Below, one piece after another: positions 58,684-64,000 of a stretch of 64,000 bases of DNA (positions within the stretch are counted from its first letter, which is position 1; the number at the start of each line of letters is the position of its first letter). The stretch comes from Rickettsiales bacterium (GTDB lineage: Bacteria; Pseudomonadota; Alphaproteobacteria; Rickettsiales; UBA998): contig CBDFKY010000004.1 of the NCBI GenBank assembly GCA_965248995.1, forward strand, positions 42,178-106,177, read 5' to 3'. The position numbers were made by a program, and so were the translations under genes. The notes below the pieces were generated by a model that made no database searches, had not been told where the DNA came from, and saw only the letters and a program-made list of their open reading frames with translations.

Positions 58684-60276
58684 TCAGCTGGCTGTAGATG
58701 AAGGCAGGGAATTAATGAGAGCGGAAAACGCCTGGAAATCCACCGGTTTGACGAAATGGTGGTCGAACCCCGCTTCCCTGGCCATTTCACGATCCTTGGC
58801 CTGTCCCCATCCGGTCTGGGCGATCATGACGGTATGCGCGAAGGCGGGATCGGCTTTCAGTTCACGGCAGACTTCGTAACCGTTTTTGCCGGGCAGGCCG
58901 ATATCCAGCAGAATCACGTCGGGGTGATGTTGCCGGGCAAGCAGGATCGCTTCCTCACCGTCATGCGCCAGCAGGTAATGATGTCCGAGCATTTCCAGCA
59001 TCCAGCCAGTGGTTTTCGCTGAAGGGACGTTGTCATCCACCACCAGGATGGAAAGGGGGCGCACTGAGGGCGCGGTCGCATCTACGGGGTCTTCGATTTC
59101 TTCCGGAGGAGCAGTAACGGTGGGCAGTGTCAGCGTGAACGTGCTGCCCTGATCCGCGCCTGTACTCTCCGCCCTGATATCGCCACCATGCATTTCCACC
59201 AGTTGCCGCACCAGTGCGAGCCCGATACCGAGCCCACCCTGCGAACGTTCCAGATTGTTTTCCACCTGCGTAAAAAGATCGAAGATTTTCGGCAGCATAG
59301 GTGCCGGAATCCCCGAACCGTTATCTTCCACGCGTAAATTTACTTGATTCGGCTGTGCCTCCGCACTAAGCACGATCTTTCCGCCGCTCGGCGTATATTT
59401 TGCGGCGTTGCCAAGCAGGTTGCCGATGATCTGCGCCAGCCGCGTCAAATCCGCTTCCACCCAGACGGGGTCTTCCGGTAACCGGACGGTGAGATGATGC
59501 TGGGCCTCCTCGATCGCGGTATGGGTGGCTTCCAGAGCATTTTGCACGGCCGTCTGCAGCAGGATCGGTTCTTTGCGAAGATCGATCTTTCCCTGGCTCA
59601 CGCGTGAGACATCCAGCAGATCGTCGATCAACCGCACCATATGGGTCAACTGCCGGTCCATCATCTGGCGCGTTTCTTCGGCAACATCCTCTGACGGGTG
59701 CATCCGCAGTACCTGCAGACCGTTGCGCACCGGCGCCAACGGGTTGCGCAGTTCGTGCGCGAGCGTCGCCAGGAATTCATCCTTACGGTGGTCCGCCTCT
59801 TCCAGCGCCGCGGCATATTGCTGCATTTCCGCCAGCAGTCGGCGGTTTTCATCGCGCTGCCGGGCCAGCAGCCGGCGCTGGGCGCCGAGGTCGAAGAACA
59901 CGTCCGCCTTGCTTTTGAGAATATCTGGCTCGATGGGTTTATGGATGAAGTCCACCGCTCCTTTCTCATAGCCGAGAAAACGGCGCTGCGCGTCCATCAC
60001 GCCCGCGGTAAGGAAAATGATCGGGATATGACGGGTCTTCGAAGTGGACCGCATCAGTTCTGCCAGCTCGAACCCGTCCATACCCGGCATCTGCACGTCG
60101 AGCAGGGCCAGCGCCACTTCATACCGGAGCAATAATTCGAGCGCTTCCGGTCCTGACTGCGCTTTGAGCATGACCAGCCCTTCACGCTTCAGGAGCGCTT
60201 CCAGAGCGATCAGGTTTTCCTTCAGATCATCGACTAAAAGAAAATAGACCGGTTCGTTCAAAGAGAGGTCCATCAT
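58684..60276 (-). CDS. REC-HisKA-HATPase-REC hybrid kinase/response regulator
   Basis: LLVDD..LLDVQMP, KDEFLATLAHELRNPLAP, NLLGNAAKY, GLGIGL, VVDD..LLDIGLP. Confidence 0.93.
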   Translation of the reverse strand: MMDLSLNEPVYFLLVDDLKENLIALEALLKREGLVMLKAQSGPEALELLLRYEVALALLDVQMPGMDGFELAELMRSTSKTRHIPIIFLTAGVMDAQRRFLGYEKGAVDFIHKPIEPDILKSKADVFFDLGAQRRLLARQRDENRRLLAEMQQYAAALEEADHRKDEFLATLAHELRNPLAPVRNGLQVLRMHPSEDVAEETRQMMDRQLTHMVRLIDDLLDVSRVSQGKIDLRKEPILLQTAVQNALEATHTAIEEAQHHLTVRLPEDPVWVEADLTRLAQIIGNLLGNAAKYTPSGGKIVLSAEAQPNQVNLRVEDNGSGIPAPMLPKIFDLFTQVENNLERSQGGLGIGLALVRQLVEMHGGDIRAESTGADQGSTFTLTLPTVTAPPEEIEDPVDATAPSVRPLSILVVDDNVPSAKTTGWMLEMLGHHYLLAHDGEEAILLARQHHPDVILLDIGLPGKNGYEVCRELKADPAFAHTVMIAQTGWGQAKDREMAREAGFDHHFVKPVDFQAFSALINSLPSSTAS

Positions 60277-60835
60277 ATCACCATGGTTTTAAGGAAGTCG
60301 GATAACCGGGTCAAGTCCAGCGCGTCAGCGGAAGGGCAGGACCGTAGCGCGGCCTGCGGCATGGCGGCGGCGTATGCGGTGTTCGGCGTTTGTACGAACG
60401 CGGCGCCGCCGGCGTCCACCACCGCTTTCAATCCCTGCGATCCGTCGGCGTTCGCGCCGGTCAGCACGATGCCGATAAGCGTTTCGCGATACGCATCCGC
60501 CGCGCTTTCGAACAATACGTCGATCGCCGGGCGGGAATAGAGCACCGGCTCATCGCTGGAAAGCGACAGGTGCGCTCGACCAGCAGGTGATAATCCGGCG
60601 GTGCGAAATAAATGGTGCCGGGGCGGATGGTTTCCTTGTCTTCCGCTTCTTTCACATGCATTCCGCATTTGGCGGCGAACAGATCCACCATGGCGCTCGG
60701 CCTGTCCGGGGGCAGGTGTACCACGATGAAAATCGGCAGCGGATAGTTGTGTGGCAGTGACGGCAACAAAACGGAAAGCGCTTCCACCGCGCCAGCGGAT
60801 ACGCCGATGACCACTGCCTGATAGGGCGCGCTCAT
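60273..60835 (-). pseudogene. cheB: Stand-alone CheB methylesterase, frameshifted
   Basis: GVSAG, VVH, FAPPDYHLLVE in one frame; LSLSSDEPVLYSRPAIDVLFESAA, LTGANADG in another; break near 60570. Confidence 0.88.
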
Positions 60836-61662
60836 TGCGAACCGCCGTTTTTCTGATAAATCCGCTCCTGTTGCGAGAATTCGCTGAACTGCTCTTTATG
60901 CTTCGAGAAGCGCAGGTTTTCTTTCGCGCCCAGTCCTAAAAACCCTTTACGGGCCAGCGAGTCCGCGAACAGGCCGATCGCCCGATCCTGCAGCTCCCGT
61001 TCAAAATAAATCAGTACGTTGCGGCAGGAGATGAAATGCATTTCAGCGAACACCGCGTCCGTGACCAGGCTGTGATCGGAAAACACCACGCGCTGGCGCA
61101 GACTCTTGTCCAGCGTGGCGCGTCCGTAAGCGGCGGTGTAGTAATCGGAGAGGGAGGATTTGCCTCCGGCGCGGCGATGGTTTTCGGTAAACAGCTGAAT
61201 CCGCTCCAGTGGGTAGACGCCTGCTTCGGCTTTGCGCAGCGCTTCGGGGTTGATGTCCGTGGCATAGATCAGGATCTTATCCTCCAGCCCTTCTTCCCGG
61301 AACAGGATGGCGAGTGAATAAACTTCTTCCCCCTCGCTGCAGCCGGCCACCCAGAGCTTCAGGGACGGGTAGGTGCGCAGATGCGGGATCACTTTCTCAC
61401 GCAGCGCCAGGAAATATGCGGGATCGCGAAACATTTCGCTCACCTGCACCGTCAGGTAGGAAAGCATCCGGGGCAGCAGTTCGGGCTCGTGCAGCACGCG
61501 GTCCTGCAGCATGGAATAGCTGCGGCAGCCGAGCTGCTCTTTCGCTTGAGCCAGGCGGCGCTTGATCGAAGCCATGGAATAGCCGCGAAAGTCGTAATGG
61601 TATTTCTGGAACAGCGCTTCCAGAAACAGGGGCAGTTCGATGTCTTCGGTACGATGCGGCAT
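60832..61662 (-). CDS. cheR: CheR-type protein-glutamate methyltransferase
   Basis: YDFRGY, VSEMFRDP, WVAGCSEGEEVYS, YATDIN, CRNVLIYF, GFLGLG.KE. Confidence 0.93.
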   Translation of the reverse strand: MPHRTEDIELPLFLEALFQKYHYDFRGYSMASIKRRLAQAKEQLGCRSYSMLQDRVLHEPELLPRMLSYLTVQVSEMFRDPAYFLALREKVIPHLRTYPSLKLWVAGCSEGEEVYSLAILFREEGLEDKILIYATDINPEALRKAEAGVYPLERIQLFTENHRRAGGKSSLSDYYTAAYGRATLDKSLRQRVVFSDHSLVTDAVFAEMHFISCRNVLIYFERELQDRAIGLFADSLARKGFLGLGAKENLRFSKHKEQFSEFSQQERIYQKNGGSQ

Positions 61663-61664
61663 GG

Positions 61665-64000
61665 TTATCTCGGCATCCATACACGCACCAGAGAGAGCAG
61701 TTTTTCCACGTCGAGCGGCTTCGCCATATAGTCGTTGGCGCCGGCTTCCAGACAACGCTCCTGATCGTCGCGCATCGCCTTGGCGGTCAGCATGATGATC
61801 GGAAGCTTCTTCCATTCCTTGCGTTTGCGGATTTCACGGGTCGCGGTGAGACCGTCCATTTCCGGCATCATGACGTCCATCAGTATCATATCCACCAGCG
61901 GCGCCGTCTGTTTTTCCAATGCCTGTAATGCCTCAAGCCCGTTGCGTGCGATCTGAAGAATTGCCCCGTGCGCTTCCAGCAGGCTGGTCAGCGCGTAGAT
62001 ATTGCGCACGTCGTCCTCCACGATCAGGATATGGCGTCCTTCCAGCATTTCATCGCGGTTGCGCACTTTCTCCAGCATCCGCTGCTGTTCGGGTGCCAGC
62101 TCGGAGACGACCTGATGCAGGAACAGGGTCACTTCGTCCAGCAGCCGTTCAGGGGACTTCGCTCCTTTGATGATGATGGATTTGGAATAGCGCCGAAGCT
62201 TCTGTTCATCGTCGCGGGAAAGGTCGCGGCCAGTATAGACGATCACCGGCGGGAAGGAATACGCGTCCTCCTGGCTCAATGTTTCCAGCAGGGAATATCC
62301 TGAAGCGTCGGGCAGGGAGAGATCGAGCACCATGCAGTCGAAGGTGGACCGCTTCAATGCCTCCAGACATTCCGCCGCCGTGCCGACGCCGACCGTCTCG
62401 ACATCCTGCGAGGCGAGCAGTTTTTCCACGCTTGCGCGCTGCGTCTCGTCGTCTTCCACCACCAGTATGCGGCGCATCCGCTGTTCCAGCCGGTTTTCCA
62501 GTTGCCGGAAGGTGGCTGCCAGCTGTTCGCGCTGCACAGGCTTGATCATGTAACCGACCGCGCCCAGGGAAAGCGCCGTCTGCGCATGATCGTTGGCGGA
62601 AATGACGTGCACGGGAATGTGCCGGGTGCGCGCATCGCGCTTCAGGCGGTCCAGTACCGAGAGGCCGGAATGGTCGGGCAGGCCGACATCGAGCAGGATG
62701 GCACTCGGCAGATATTGCTTGGCCATCGCCAGCGCATCCTCGGCATGGTTGGCGATCAGGCAGTGAAAATCCAGTTCCACGGCCAGATCGTAGAGGATGC
62801 GCGCGAACGACGCATCGTCTTCCACGACCAGGATGATCCGCCTGCCGCCGCTCAACGTTTCGCGATCGTCCGGCACCGTCTTTATGGAGATGGATTTAGG
62901 GGCGGGCGATTCTGACGGTTTATCAGGCAAGGCGGCAGGAGCGGGCGTTCTTGGCTGCACGTTTTGTGCGTCGAACGTCTGCGGAATGATGAGGGTGAAT
63001 CGGCTGCCTTTGCCGGACGCGCTTTCCAGCTCGATAAACCCGCCAAGCAGCCGGGCCAGCTGGCGTGAGATGGAAAGCCCCAGGCCGGTGCCACCGTATT
63101 TCCGGCTGATCGTCCCGTCCGCCTGCCGGAAGGCTTCGAACACCGCCTGCTGCTGTTCCTCGGAAATCCCGATGCCGGTATCGACCACCGACAGCGCGAT
63201 ATGATCGGGCGCCCGCGCCGTGATGGAGAGCGTCACCTGACCGCGCTCCGTAAACTTGAACGCGTTGGAGAGGAGATTCTTCAAAATCTGTTCCAGCCGC
63301 TGCGGATCGGTTTCCAATGATGCCGGAGCATTCTCCAGATCGGTCAGGAAACGGACGCCCTTCTGTTCGGCGATCGGATCGAACATGCGGTGCATATCAT
63401 CGGCTATGCGTGAAACCTGCCAGCGTTGCGGGTGGATTTCCATATGACCAGCCTCGATCTTGGAAAGGTCCAGGATGTCGTTGATCAACGTCAGCAGATC
63501 GTTGCCGGATGACTGGATGGTTCTGGCATAATTGACCTGTTCTTCCGTTAGATTACCATCCCGGTTGTCGGCGAGCAGTTTAGAGAGAATCAGCGAGGAA
63601 TTGAGCGGAGTGCGCAGTTCATGGCTCATGTTGGCCAGGAAATCCGATTTATAGCGGCTCGCCTGCTCCAGCTCCTGCGCTTTCGCATGGACGGTGGCGT
63701 TGGAATAAGCGAGGTCCTCCTTCTGGCGTTCGAGAATCTGTGCCTGTTCCTCCAGCTGCGCGTTGTTCTGCTCCATTTCCACCTGCTGCTGTTCCAGCCG
63801 GGTCTGCGATTCCTTCAGGGCACGGCTCTGCTCTTCCAGCTCTTCGTTGGAAACACGCAGTTCCTCACTCTGGGCCTGCAGTTCCTCGGATTGGCGCTGC
63901 GTTTCTTCCAGGAAATTCTGCAGGTGCGCGCGGTAGTCGGCGGAACGCACCGCGACGCCGAGCGGTTCTGAGATCTGTTCCAGAAATTCCAGCGTCAAGG
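61665..64000 (-). CDS. Hybrid histidine kinase with a Gln/Glu-rich coiled coil and three receiver domains, 5'-truncated by the window edge
   Basis: EETQRQSEELQAQSEELRVSNEEL, KSDFLANMSHELRTPLN, NLLSNAFKF, GGTGLGL, three REC domains. Confidence 0.95.
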   Translation of the reverse strand, partial: LTLEFLEQISEPLGVAVRSADYRAHLQNFLEETQRQSEELQAQSEELRVSNEELEEQSRALKESQTRLEQQQVEMEQNNAQLEEQAQILERQKEDLAYSNATVHAKAQELEQASRYKSDFLANMSHELRTPLNSSLILSKLLADNRDGNLTEEQVNYARTIQSSGNDLLTLINDILDLSKIEAGHMEIHPQRWQVSRIADDMHRMFDPIAEQKGVRFLTDLENAPASLETDPQRLEQILKNLLSNAFKFTERGQVTLSITARAPDHIALSVVDTGIGISEEQQQAVFEAFRQADGTISRKYGGTGLGLSISRQLARLLGGFIELESASGKGSRFTLIIPQTFDAQNVQPRTPAPAALPDKPSESPAPKSISIKTVPDDRETLSGGRRIILVVEDDASFARILYDLAVELDFHCLIANHAEDALAMAKQYLPSAILLDVGLPDHSGLSVLDRLKRDARTRHIPVHVISANDHAQTALSLGAVGYMIKPVQREQLAATFRQLENRLEQRMRRILVVEDDETQRASVEKLLASQDVETVGVGTAAECLEALKRSTFDCMVLDLSLPDASGYSLLETLSQEDAYSFPPVIVYTGRDLSRDDEQKLRRYSKSIIIKGAKSPERLLDEVTLFLHQVVSELAPEQQRMLEKVRNRDEMLEGRHILIVEDDVRNIYALTSLLEAHGAILQIARNGLEALQALEKQTAPLVDMILMDVMMPEMDGLTATREIRKRKEWKKLPIIMLTAKAMRDDQERCLEAGANDYMAKPLDVEKLLSLVRVWMPR

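Overview
Chromosomal window from an alphaproteobacterium. This is inferred from RpoC, a single-Cys DksA, DUF2336/PAS_5 proteins and CtrA-like boxes; the gene order and repeats are compatible with a free-living, flagellated Rickettsiales-like lineage but do not prove it. 1-29 kb is mostly housekeeping: 3' part of rpoC, riboflavin genes split by a HEPN-motif ORF, a 969-aa flagellin with flaG-like/fliD/fliS, dksA, aspartate aminotransferase, argD/argF, DsbE, tRNA-Asp, acyl-CoA dehydrogenase, gap, hemB and tRNA-Gln. AT-richer orphan ORFs are interspersed, and one is interrupted by an IS630 element at a CTAG site. After tRNA-Gln comes an accessory stress/signalling region: Mn-catalase, mntH, glgX, a decaying MerR-HTH/kaiC/kaiB/hybrid-kinase module, a divergent and partly decayed photolyase-associated cluster, ABC-F, an osmoprotectant ABC importer, a tightly coupled HlyD-ABC-TolC/phaZ/ptb/ackA operon, and a hybrid kinase-CheR-CheB(frameshifted)-hybrid kinase cluster. 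Three different small palindromic inserts are visible: 145 bp intergenic, about 66 bp in-frame in the acyl-CoA dehydrogenase, and 20 bp inside the IS630 transposase. No CRISPR array, rRNA, integrase or prophage was seen. All family assignments come from motif recognition, not database searches.
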